A stretch of 64,000 nucleotides of DNA from Deltaproteobacteria bacterium (GTDB lineage Bacteria > Bdellovibrionota_B > Oligoflexia > Oligoflexales > Bog-1112), in the NCBI GenBank assembly GCA_020635195.1, contig JACKAG010000002.1, forward strand, positions 120,671-184,670, written 5' to 3'. This document shows positions 9,788 through 18,509 of the stretch, one piece after another (the stretch's first letter is position 1; every line of letters starts with the position of its first letter). The position numbers and the translations under genes were made by a program. The notes under the pieces were generated by a model. The model saw nothing but the letters and a program-made list of their open reading frames with translations. It was not told the origin of the DNA and ran no database searches.

Positions 9788-9810
9788 ATATTCAGATGTC
9801 TCTGAATATT
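9787..9810. other. 10-bp perfect palindrome (aatattcaga-tgtc-tctgaatatt) at the stop codon of paralogue 1
   Basis: Read directly from the sequence. AT-rich stem with no T-run, so it is a weak terminator or an operator. Confidence 0.6.
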
Positions 9811-9847
9811 GTCTGCCCTGCTCAGGATTGCTTTGTGAGGATTCCCT

Positions 9848-10438
9848 GTGAACGTTGCGTCGTCCTGTTTTTTGCTGCTCTTTCTGGTCGCTTGTGTCAG
9901 CAGCCAGGAGGCCGCCCTGGAAAAAATGACTCCGGTGGTTTTGGAAACAGAAGCCCAATCTGATGCGGAGTCTGAGCGTATCGATTATTCAGGGACCTGG
10001 CGTGGCTTTGTTAAAGATAAAAACGGCTCACAAAGTGAGGTGATCCTGAGCATCGTCCAGCATGAAGTTCCTGAGCAAAGTCTGAGAATCCAGGCGGAGA
10101 GGGACAATTATTTGTCCGACTATGTTGCCGCAGTTTTTTCTATGAAGTTTGCATACACGAAAGAGGAACTTGCAGAGAAGCCAAAAAATCCCTGCGAAGG
10201 CATTAAAAATCCCTCATACCACGAATCTTTCTATGGTCGTCTGGTCAGAGGGAGCGTGGTCGTCCTCGAAGGAAGGACCTTAGATGATATTGGCTTTTTC
10301 TACACGGTATCCCTTATAAAACTCAGGGAATTCAGAAAGACAGCGGATGGTAAAATTTTGGCAGATCTGTGGCTGTCCAGTCATCCTACGGCGACGAACA
10401 GGATCGATTCGTACCGGACGACATTAACGAAAGTATAA
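9848..10438 (+). CDS. lipoprotein, paralogue 2 of a tandem triplet (hypothetical)
   Basis: GTG start. Canonical lipobox LVAC. 196 aa, differing from paralogue 1 at scattered positions only. Confidence 0.6.
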   Translation: MNVASSCFLLLFLVACVSSQEAALEKMTPVVLETEAQSDAESERIDYSGTWRGFVKDKNGSQSEVILSIVQHEVPEQSLRIQAERDNYLSDYVAAVFSMKFAYTKEELAEKPKNPCEGIKNPSYHESFYGRLVRGSVVVLEGRTLDDIGFFYTVSLIKLREFRKTADGKILADLWLSSHPTATNRIDSYRTTLTKV

Positions 10439-10461
10439 ATATTCAGATGCCTCTGAATATT
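10438..10461. other. same 10-bp palindrome at the stop codon of paralogue 2
   Basis: aatattcaga-tgcc-tctgaatatt. Part of the repeat unit. Confidence 0.6.
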
Positions 10462-10498
10462 GTCTGCCCTGCTCAGGATTGCTTTGTGAGGATTCCCT

Positions 10499-10822
10499 GT
10501 GAACGTTGCGTCGTCCTGTCTTTTGCTGCTCTTTCTGGTCGCCTGTGTCAGCAGCCAGGAGGCAGCCCTGGAAAAAATGACTCCGGTGGTTTCGGAAACA
10601 GAGGCCCAATCTGAGGCTGAGGCGGAGTTTGAGCGTATCGATGACTCGCGGACCTGGCAGGCTTTTAGTAAAAAAGAAGATGGTTTTGTTTATTACCTGT
10701 CCGGAGCAAATATCAGGCTTTTCCGGAAAACTGCTGAAAGAACTATTCTGGCTGGCCTGTCGTATTCAAATCATCTTACAGGGACAGAAAGAGTGGATAC
10801 GATCGGGATAACAAGGCTGTAA
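10499..10822 (+). CDS. lipoprotein, paralogue 3, internally deleted and diverged (possibly decaying)
   Basis: Same leader and first ~40 aa as paralogue 2. ERIDDSRTWQAF aligns to ERIDYSGTWRGF, and the C-terminal LFRKTAERTILAGL aligns to EFRKTADGKILADL, with ~90 aa missing in between. Confidence 0.45.
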   Translation: MNVASSCLLLLFLVACVSSQEAALEKMTPVVSETEAQSEAEAEFERIDDSRTWQAFSKKEDGFVYYLSGANIRLFRKTAERTILAGLSYSNHLTGTERVDTIGITRL

Positions 10823-10838
10823 AGGAAAACAGAGAGCT

Positions 10839-11687
10839 GTGAGATTTTCTGTCGTGAGCTGTTCTGTCTTATGGATAATATACTGCATTTTCTCTGTACT
10901 GCACGCTGCGATTTACTCTGAGGATTCAAGAAAAGACTACAGAGATGTCGAAAGCTCTGCGCTCAGAGAATTATTTGCATCTGTTGCGATGATTGCATCA
11001 GAAGATGCTCTAACGAATTATCGTCAGCTCAGATCTCTTGCCCGATCTTATAGATTATCAGAGGCGGTCCCTTTTGGAGAGCAGACCGTTTTTGGTTTTT
11101 GCAGTGCCTTTCTGATATCGGCGGACATTGTGATGACAGCGGGGCACTGTGTTCTTTTAACTCCCTATTTTTGCTCAGATTCTGTTTTTGTCTTCGCTTA
11201 CCATAATGGGATATCTTTTTCACCTGAGATAAAAGGCAATGATGTCGTTTATCGCTGTAAAGAAGTGCTCGATGTTCAGCTTGATGATGAACGTGACTTT
11301 GCTCTGATCCGTCTTGACAGAAAGACTCAGAGAAAAAGCCTGAAACTGTCGACTACGGATCATGAGGAAGGCGGAGATATTTTTTCGGTATCTCATCCTC
11401 ATGGCATTCTGGCAAAATATTCTTCCGGGACTATCCTGGGGAGGCATGGGCAGACTATCTATGCAGCACTGGATGTCTTTCGTGGTTCCAGCGGAGCTCC
11501 TGTCTTTAATTCAGAACATCATGTTATTGGTCTGGTGCGATCGGGCGGACATGATTTTGAAAAGGATGAGGATGGGGAGTCTTATCGCCTGCGGATCACA
11601 GAAGATTTGGAAGATATCACTTCGTATGAAAAAATATCGGATATAAGGGCTGTCTCTGCACGATGGGCTAATCAGCTTATTTTGTAA
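10839..11687 (+). CDS. secreted trypsin-fold (S1 family) serine protease
   Basis: Signal peptide, then the catalytic triad motifs in order: TAGHCV (His), DFALIRLD (Asp), GSSGAPVF (Ser). GTG start. Confidence 0.7.
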   Translation: MRFSVVSCSVLWIIYCIFSVLHAAIYSEDSRKDYRDVESSALRELFASVAMIASEDALTNYRQLRSLARSYRLSEAVPFGEQTVFGFCSAFLISADIVMTAGHCVLLTPYFCSDSVFVFAYHNGISFSPEIKGNDVVYRCKEVLDVQLDDERDFALIRLDRKTQRKSLKLSTTDHEEGGDIFSVSHPHGILAKYSSGTILGRHGQTIYAALDVFRGSSGAPVFNSEHHVIGLVRSGGHDFEKDEDGESYRLRITEDLEDITSYEKISDIRAVSARWANQLIL

Positions 11688-11736
11688 AACAGATGCTTTT
11701 TGAGAGTAGCCGGAATCTGTCCGGTTTCAGCAGACT

Positions 11737-12207
11737 TCAGAGCTCTATGACCTGAGAATCAATCTGGAGCTTTTGTTTCAGGCTACTCTGCACCTGACTG
11801 GCGGCCTGCCTGTTTTTAAAAATTCCGCTTCTGACTTTAAACCAGATGCGATTTCCCTGATGCACAGGGGTGTAAAATCCACTGACTCCGGACTCTTTCA
11901 GGCGGTCAAGCCAGACTTCAGCCTTATCCGGGCTTGCCACTCTGGCAAATTCCAGAGTGAAGCGTTTTGTCGCGCTATCCTGTTCTTCTTTGTCCTTGCT
12001 TTCTGTCAGGCTGATGTTGCTTTTGGGGCCGGGGTGTCTGCCCAGGGTACGGTAAAAGAGTTCCTGTGTTGATGCTGTTTCCGGGGAGTTTGGTCTGGCT
12101 GCTTTTGGGGTCTCTTCGGGTGATAGTGTAATCCTGTCAAAAATGGTCATGAGGCTGGTGAGGACCGCAAAAAAACAAAGACTGGCAATGATCAGGGAAG
12201 GTTTCAG
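11737..12207 (-). CDS. SPOR-domain protein with N-terminal membrane anchor (probable CTG start at 12207; first ATG at 12150)
   Basis: The C-terminal ~75 aa (FTLEFARVASPDKAEVWLDRLKESGVSGFYTP...IWFKVRSGIF) look like a SPOR fold. The frame upstream of ATG 12150 encodes KPSLIIASLCFFAVLTSL, a TM helix. See the finding. Confidence 0.55.
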   Translation of the reverse strand: MKPSLIIASLCFFAVLTSLMTIFDRITLSPEETPKAARPNSPETASTQELFYRTLGRHPGPKSNISLTESKDKEEQDSATKRFTLEFARVASPDKAEVWLDRLKESGVSGFYTPVHQGNRIWFKVRSGIFKNRQAASQVQSSLKQKLQIDSQVIEL

Positions 12208-12341
12208 ACTCTGACTCCTGAAGGATCTGCCCGGGAACAGGGCTTTTTACAGGCACAGGCCTCATCTGTTGATTTCTCTGCAATCGCTGTCATTTTAACA
12301 CCGGATCTCATGTGCCGACAAGCGTGTCCTTACAGGAGCTT

Positions 12342-13325
12342 TCAGCTCTCAGTCCGGGGTATCTGGTGGAGCAGTGCTGTGGCAGCTTCTCCCGGAGATA
12401 TCTGAGAGGCAAGAATCGCCTCCAGCTGTTCTTTATACGCTGGAGAATCTTGTGTTGTTCTCTGAAAGTTGTCCCAGAACTGATCGCGGATTTCATCATG
12501 AAGCCATTGAATCAGCTGATGATTTCGCTTTTCCTGAAGTTCTCCACTTTGCTCTCTGTCCCGGATCAGCCTTTCCATGCTTTCCAGGAGTTCCTTCAGT
12601 CCACGGCCTTCCTCTGAGCTGACCAGCAGTACGGGCCTCTCCTGTGATCCCTTCTGAGGGGAATGTTTTGTGCTGGAAAAGTCAGAGGCCATCTCCTGAG
12701 CTGCGCTTCTGAGCATCCCGTCTGCTTTATGGATCAGGATGATGTCAGCAAGTTCCAGGGCTCCTTTTTTCATTCCCTGTAATGCATCACCGGTACAGGG
12801 GACCTGCATCAGAATAAAAAGATCGGTGACAGCAGCGACCTGATATTCAGCCTGTCCTGCTCCGATGGTTTCAACGAAGATGAGCTGGTAGCCTGCTGCA
12901 TCGAGAATGGCCAGACTTTCCCGGCAGTAGCGGCTGACTCCGCCTCTCCCACCTCCTCCTGGAGATGGGCGGATAAAGGCGCGGGGGTGGACGGAGAGAG
13001 TTTCCATCCTGGTTTTGTCACCAAGCAGGCTTCCACCATGGACGGGAGAGCTGGGATCAATGGCAAGTACGGCGATTTTCATTTCGGGCTTCCGCTTCAG
13101 AAGCCAGGAGCCGAAGCATTCGATCAGACTGCTCTTTCCTGCGCCCGGGATACCGCTGATTCCGATCCGGATAGCGCGGCCATTTTTGTGACGAATCAGG
13201 CTTTGCAGCTCTCTGGATTGCTGCTGGTCTTCTGAACGCTGGCTTTCTGCCAGGGTGATTCCTTTTGCAATTGCCCGTCTTTTCCCGGAACAAATATGTT
13301 CTGCCAGCAGCTTCAGATTGTGCAT
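12342..13325 (-). CDS. meaB: methylmalonyl-CoA mutase-associated GTPase (MeaB/ArgK)
   Basis: P-loop GIPGAGKSS, VETIGAGQ and HKADG G-motifs. Abuts the mutase stop (TAAATG). Confidence 0.85.
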   Translation of the reverse strand: MHNLKLLAEHICSGKRRAIAKGITLAESQRSEDQQQSRELQSLIRHKNGRAIRIGISGIPGAGKSSLIECFGSWLLKRKPEMKIAVLAIDPSSPVHGGSLLGDKTRMETLSVHPRAFIRPSPGGGGRGGVSRYCRESLAILDAAGYQLIFVETIGAGQAEYQVAAVTDLFILMQVPCTGDALQGMKKGALELADIILIHKADGMLRSAAQEMASDFSSTKHSPQKGSQERPVLLVSSEEGRGLKELLESMERLIRDREQSGELQEKRNHQLIQWLHDEIRDQFWDNFQRTTQDSPAYKEQLEAILASQISPGEAATALLHQIPRTES

Positions 13326-15539
13326 TTAACAATCCTCCTGAGCTTTCAGGAGGGTTAACATAGACAGAGCGCAGTCAGGAATTGCAGATCCCGGACCGTA
13401 AATGGCCCGGACTCCCTGATCTTTCAGGATGCCGTAATCCTGTTCCGGGATGACGCCTCCGGCAACCACGATGATGTCTGTGGCGTCTTCTGCTGCGAGA
13501 GCCCGGATCAGTGCCGGGATGAGGGTTTTGTGACCAGCCGCCTGAGAGGACACACCGATGATATGAACGTCGTTTTCCACAGCCTGTCTGGCGGCTTCTT
13601 CCGGAGTCTGGAAGAGAGGTCCTATATCTACGTCGAAGCCGATATCCGAAAGCCCACTGGCAGTAACGTTGGCACCCCGGTCGTGTCCGTCCTGGCCGAG
13701 CTTGGCGATCAGAATACGAGGGCGGCGGCCATGGGCTTTGGCGAATGCTTCACTTTCCCGGACAGCCTGATCAAATCTGTCGCTATGATTCATTGCGGCT
13801 CCATAAATAGAATGAACTCCTTTAGTTGCGGTTCTGAAGCGACCAAAGACTTCTTCCAGTGCCAGGGAGACTTCGCCGACGGTTGCCCGGTTGCGCATAG
13901 CATCGATGCAGCAGGCCAGCATCCCTGATCCTTTATCGGAAGAGGCAATTTCTTTAAGGTGTCGAAGGCTACTCAGAACTTTGTCTTCATTCCTTTGTTC
14001 CCGTAGCTTCCTGAGTTTATTCATCTGTGCTTTCTGTACGGCACTGTTATCTATATCGCGGATGTCCACCTGATGTGTTTCTTCTTCATCCTTCAGCTTC
14101 AGATAGTTGACTCCAACGACGAGATCTTCCCCCCTGTCGATTCTGGCTTGTTTTCGGGTCGCGGCTTCTTCTATCCGGAGTTTCGGTAACCCTGATAAAA
14201 TCGCCCGTGTCATACCACCGTGTTCTTCTGTTTCTTTTATAATGGCCCTTGCTCTGTTGCACAGATCCAGGGTCAGGGATTCCATAAAATAAGAGCCTCC
14301 GAAAGGATCTACGGTTCGGCACAGGTCACTTTCTTTCTGAAGAATGATTTGTGTATTTCTTGCGATCCGCGCAGAAAAATCACCGGGCAGTGCCATCGCT
14401 TCATCAAGGGCATTGGTATGCAGAGACTGTGTTCCTCCAAGGCCCGCAGCCATCGCCTCGATTGTGGTTCTGATGATATTGTTGTAGGGGTCCTGTGCTG
14501 TCAGGGAATAGCCTGAGGTCTGACAGTGGGTTCTGAGCATCGAGGAACGTGGGTCAGACGGAGAAAATGGTTTCAGGAATTCTGCCCATAGAGTTCTGGC
14601 TGCCCGTAACTTTGCGATTTCCATAAAAAAATTCATGCCGATCGCGAAAAAAAACGAAAGCCGTGGAGCAAACTGATCGACGCTGAGTCCCTGTTCAAGA
14701 GCTGCCCTGACATATTCAATCCCGTCCGCTATGGTGTATGCCAGTTCCAGCGCTGAGTCAGCCCCGGCTTCCTGCATATGATAACCACTGATACTGATGC
14801 TGTTATAGTGAGGCATGTGGCGGGATGTGTATCCGATAATATCAGAAACAATCTGCATGGAAGCATGTGGCGGATAGATATAAGTATTCCGGACCATGTA
14901 TTCTTTCAGGATATCATTCTGAATGGTTCCGGATAAAGCTTCCTGTGCAACACCCTGTTCTTCTGCGGCAACAATGTAGGCAGCAAGAACAGGAAGAACA
15001 GCTCCGTTCATAGTCATGGACACACTCATTTTATCGAGTGGAATTCCGTCGAACAGAATTTTCATATCTTCAACACTATCGATGGCAACACCTGCTTTGC
15101 CCACATCTCCTGTGACCCGGGGGTGATCCGAATCATAGCCACGGTGAGTGGGAAGGTCGAAAGCGACACTTAATCCTTTCTGACCTGCGGCCAGATTTTT
15201 TTTATAGAAAAGATTGGATTCTTCTGCGGTGGAAAATCCAGCATATTGTCGGATGGTCCATGGATGTCCGGTATACATAGTGGCTCTGGGGCCTCTGGTA
15301 AAAGGAGAGACACCCGGAAAGGATTCCTGATAGCCCCTCTGGCTGAGATCGGCGGATGTATAAAGATTCTGGATGGGGATTCCTTCTGGTGACATCCAGC
15401 TGTCTGCTTGTTGATTTGATTTTTTCCGCTCTTTTCTGGCCAATTCCTGCCACTGCCGGAATGAGTCAGCCACGTGATACCTCCTCAGGGCTCTGTTTCG
15501 GGAATATGATGTTTCTTCTGATTCGCCGTTCGTTGCCAA
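13326..15539 (-). CDS. methylmalonyl-CoA mutase, single-chain (substrate barrel plus B12-binding domain)
   Basis: [30 protein letters not shown] and [20 protein letters not shown]. The Tyr in ATMY and the Arg in MVRN are the residues that distinguish MCM from isobutyryl-CoA mutase. C-terminal DGHDRG cobalamin motif. Confidence 0.9.
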   Translation of the reverse strand: MATNGESEETSYSRNRALRRYHVADSFRQWQELARKERKKSNQQADSWMSPEGIPIQNLYTSADLSQRGYQESFPGVSPFTRGPRATMYTGHPWTIRQYAGFSTAEESNLFYKKNLAAGQKGLSVAFDLPTHRGYDSDHPRVTGDVGKAGVAIDSVEDMKILFDGIPLDKMSVSMTMNGAVLPVLAAYIVAAEEQGVAQEALSGTIQNDILKEYMVRNTYIYPPHASMQIVSDIIGYTSRHMPHYNSISISGYHMQEAGADSALELAYTIADGIEYVRAALEQGLSVDQFAPRLSFFFAIGMNFFMEIAKLRAARTLWAEFLKPFSPSDPRSSMLRTHCQTSGYSLTAQDPYNNIIRTTIEAMAAGLGGTQSLHTNALDEAMALPGDFSARIARNTQIILQKESDLCRTVDPFGGSYFMESLTLDLCNRARAIIKETEEHGGMTRAILSGLPKLRIEEAATRKQARIDRGEDLVVGVNYLKLKDEEETHQVDIRDIDNSAVQKAQMNKLRKLREQRNEDKVLSSLRHLKEIASSDKGSGMLACCIDAMRNRATVGEVSLALEEVFGRFRTATKGVHSIYGAAMNHSDRFDQAVRESEAFAKAHGRRPRILIAKLGQDGHDRGANVTASGLSDIGFDVDIGPLFQTPEEAARQAVENDVHIIGVSSQAAGHKTLIPALIRALAAEDATDIIVVAGGVIPEQDYGILKDQGVRAIYGPGSAIPDCALSMLTLLKAQEDC

Positions 15540-15700
15540 ATCATGAGAGATGTCCGGAGTTCTTTAAAAATGATAACCAGAAAGCTGTGTGTTCTGCCAG
15601 TCCGAAAACATTCTCAGGAAAAGTCCGGATGATCCTGTCATCATACGGTATGGAGGTCCGGTAATGATGGGTTTCATTCCGGAAACAAGGGGGAAAGTGA

Positions 15701-16642
15701 TTGATGATCAGCAATTGTCTGACAAACCTGCGTCTGTTGATTCTTTTTTCTGTGATATGTAGCATTCTGACCTGTTTTCCGCAGTATATCCTGGCATCCT
15801 CTGCAACAGGTTCGCGGAGTCATGATAGCAAAATTTTCCGGAAATTTCTGAGCCAGCTCTTCGAAGTAGAAAGCAGCTTCAACCGGACAGGGGGGAGTAT
15901 GCTTGAGCCTTTATCTCCGGAAATATGGCAGAATATGGATATCGGTTTTGCTGCGATATCAGATCGCCTCCCTTCGGCACTGAAAGATCCTCTAAAACAA
16001 AAGTTTTTGTCGGTGCAGAATTATCGCCTTATGAAACACAGTGGGGCCGGGATTGAGGAGGCCAGAGCCTTCCGGCATGCTCTGCTGGAGATGTTTGCTG
16101 TCGAAGATGCTCCTGCTTTATCTCCTGATTTTCAGACAGGGAAACGTCTGTATCAGCGGGACTGTCAGTCCTGTCATGGGTCTGTTGGTGCGGGAGATGG
16201 TCCTTTGTCTCCTCGTCTTCCATACAAAATCATGGATTTCAGACATCCTGAGAGCCTCAGAAGTCAGAGTCCTTTGATGGTGTTAAATCTTCTGCTTGAG
16301 GGCAGCGAAAATCGCAGAATGCCCTCTTTTGCCTCGGTTTATTCACATGATGAAATGCGCAGTCTTAGTTTTTATGTTCCCTGTCTGCGGCTTCAGGGCG
16401 AGGCTGCTTCCGGGAGTGAGCTGACAGCGTGGAAGAAGCTGCCTTCACTTGTCCGGGATCGCCTGGCTCAGGAGGGGCTCAGCTTATCTTTCTTATCACG
16501 GCGAACAGATCAGGAGTTGTTGCTGTGGAGGAAAAAATTACGGAAAGAGTCGCAAGAAGAAGATTTTCCGGATTATCTCAGCCTGCTTCCGGCCTTGCGC
16601 TGCGGCGCTGCTTTTTCAGGAGAGTTGCTCAGAAAGCAGTAG
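15701..16642 (+). CDS. periplasmic mono-haem c-type cytochrome family protein
   Basis: Signal peptide. Single CQSCH haem-binding motif with a downstream Met (RRMPSF). TTG 15701 or ATG 15704 start. Confidence 0.6.
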   Translation: MMISNCLTNLRLLILFSVICSILTCFPQYILASSATGSRSHDSKIFRKFLSQLFEVESSFNRTGGSMLEPLSPEIWQNMDIGFAAISDRLPSALKDPLKQKFLSVQNYRLMKHSGAGIEEARAFRHALLEMFAVEDAPALSPDFQTGKRLYQRDCQSCHGSVGAGDGPLSPRLPYKIMDFRHPESLRSQSPLMVLNLLLEGSENRRMPSFASVYSHDEMRSLSFYVPCLRLQGEAASGSELTAWKKLPSLVRDRLAQEGLSLSFLSRRTDQELLLWRKKLRKESQEEDFPDYLSLLPALRCGAAFSGELLRKQ

Positions 16643-16802
16643 GGCAGATGTGTTTTGTCTGCTTCATCTGTTGATCGTAAGTGAAATACTTCTGACCTTT
16701 TACTTGTGATTACGGATCACAGTCTTGCCGTGAGGCTGGGTGGATGCGAACGGTAGGACTGGAATTTTTGTTGTGGGTTTGTAAGTATATTCACGTCCTG
16801 GT

Positions 16803-18248
16803 ATGACTGGAAATTCAGATTTGTATAATAATATGATGAGGCGGTTTATGGTCCTGTACCTGAAGCGCATGGTCGTTTCTGTTCTCTCGTTTGCCTGCTT
16901 TATTTCCTGTGGAGTGGATAACGGCCCTCAGGAATCACAGGAATCACAGGAAAAGGTCTGGAAATATGAGTATGAACACCCCACGGGTCATCCTCTTATT
17001 CTGCATCTGGCAGATCCTGACTGTGCAGAGAACGGAGATGTTCTTGCTGATATGGAAGATGTCAGCGTGTGGATGGCTGTCAGTGACGAAGATTCTCTGA
17101 AGATCGCACCTCTTCATTATTCACTGCACGGTTTTTCCGGAAATGGGTTGTCGGATCATAAGACGGGGGTCACTGCTTTTTATCATCATGCCCGGGTGAT
17201 TAATAGTTCATATCAGGGAATTCAGGAGCAGTCGGCGCGGACTCCGATGAAATTCTGCCGACGATCTTATCCCAGAGACAGCGCAGAAAATGCTGCATTA
17301 GCGGTTGCTGTTGCTCTGAAAGTGGGTTCGGATTTTTATCGCGCCCTTGCTCCTGAGAGGAGTCCGGGTCCATTTCGGGTGCTGATGCAACCCGATTACT
17401 TTTATGAGACAAAGAAAAATCAGAGCACACTTTTCCGGAGCAGAAAGCCACACAATGCTTACTGGATGAAAAATATCAGGACAGGAGAAGAAAGCCTGCT
17501 GTTTATGCCGCTGACATCTGCAGAGCCTGATGCAAACCGTTTCTGGGAGCAGCCTGCAGTTGCGATTCATGAACAGGGGCATAGTCTTTTTTATCGGATT
17601 CGTTCTGCGGCTCCTTTCTGGAGGGACAGGAATGATGAGGAAGGTACAGGGATACGATATGACAAAGGACTTGAGGAAGGATTCTCGGATATATTCGCAT
17701 GGTTGGCAGTGAGATATGCTGCGATGTCAGAGAAGATGTTTGAGGGCGAAGAAAGGCTCTATCTGTCCGCTTCTGATTGGAAGACGGCTGCCAATCGTCT
17801 GATGTCAGTTTATTGGCACTATACAAGGAATGGAGCTCGTCAGAAATCTTTCAGTCACGCCTTCTTTTCAGAGGAAGGGGCTGATGGACTGTTCGGGGAT
17901 GATCCTCATGCGATTGGTGCGGTCTTTGCTCATCTGTTTTATAAATATTTGATTTTTAAGGAAGAGGAGTCTCTGTTGCGATATCGCTATCTTGGCAGGT
18001 TCTTGCTGGACTGGGCAGAACGCAGCTTCTCTGATCCTGTCATGATTCATGAAGGAGAGGACCCTTATTTTCTTCTGATGCAGAAAGCGATGACGATATT
18101 TGCTGAAAAAGTTCTGCGGTTTTATCATTCGCGTCTTTCTGAGACAGGAAGAGAGATTCTCTGTCAATCTCTGGCACAGGATCTTGATCACTTTGTTCAT
18201 ATCGATTCTTTGTCGGATTGTCGCAGGGTGGATGCCGGAGAACTCTGA
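16803..18248 (+). CDS. lipoprotein with thermolysin/fungalysin-type zinc metallopeptidase motifs
   Basis: Lipobox FISC. HEQGH (HExxH), followed 32 aa later by GLEEGFSDIFAW, which resembles the gluzincin third-ligand motif (thermolysin NEAISDIF, fungalysin GEGWSDF). Confidence 0.55.
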   Translation: MTGNSDLYNNMMRRFMVLYLKRMVVSVLSFACFISCGVDNGPQESQESQEKVWKYEYEHPTGHPLILHLADPDCAENGDVLADMEDVSVWMAVSDEDSLKIAPLHYSLHGFSGNGLSDHKTGVTAFYHHARVINSSYQGIQEQSARTPMKFCRRSYPRDSAENAALAVAVALKVGSDFYRALAPERSPGPFRVLMQPDYFYETKKNQSTLFRSRKPHNAYWMKNIRTGEESLLFMPLTSAEPDANRFWEQPAVAIHEQGHSLFYRIRSAAPFWRDRNDEEGTGIRYDKGLEEGFSDIFAWLAVRYAAMSEKMFEGEERLYLSASDWKTAANRLMSVYWHYTRNGARQKSFSHAFFSEEGADGLFGDDPHAIGAVFAHLFYKYLIFKEEESLLRYRYLGRFLLDWAERSFSDPVMIHEGEDPYFLLMQKAMTIFAEKVLRFYHSRLSETGREILCQSLAQDLDHFVHIDSLSDCRRVDAGEL

Positions 18249-18509
18249 GCCGGATTTTTTTTAGCGCAAAGATCAGGACCTGCTGGGGCACAGATATGGG
18301 AAAAAAGCAGGACTTGTATCTTTGAGCGGGGCTTAGTGTGGAATGAGTTTGCAACTGTAGTAAAAAATAAGAGGGATAGCATGGAAACTCAAAACCGTTC
18401 CGTAGCAGGCATCCGGGTGAAGCGGCTGAATCAGAAGAGTCGGGATCAGAGCAGGCAGAGCCCGATTCATGCGGATTCGACCTGTGTTCGGGAAGATGGG
18501 TAGGGAGGC

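Larger units (their letters stand above)
9236..10665 (+). repeat. tandem direct repeat, ~650-bp unit, two full copies plus a partial third
   Basis: Homology starts at cgcttgtgtcagc (9236 / 9899 / 10549). The intergenic spacer and signal-peptide region 9788-9900 recurs almost unchanged at 10439-10550. Confidence 0.85.

Noticed and set aside
9718-10614. Alternative-frame ORFs 9718-9963 / 10369-10614 and their antisense partners, which look conserved
   Set aside because: Their apparent conservation is just the DNA duplication of the lipoprotein cassette. They span the stop/start junction of the real genes and lack start-site signals.
9236-10665. CRISPR array or diversity-generating retroelement (TR/VR) explanation for the repeats
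   Set aside because: The units are ~650 bp and protein-coding, not short repeat-spacer units. Differences between copies are mixed transitions, transversions and indels rather than adenine-specific. No reverse transcriptase or cas gene is nearby.
15540-15700. Cobalamin riboswitch upstream of the methylmalonyl-CoA mutase
   Set aside because: I read the minus-strand leader and saw no B12-box-like conserved core or the characteristic multi-stem arrangement. An Infernal scan would be needed to be certain.
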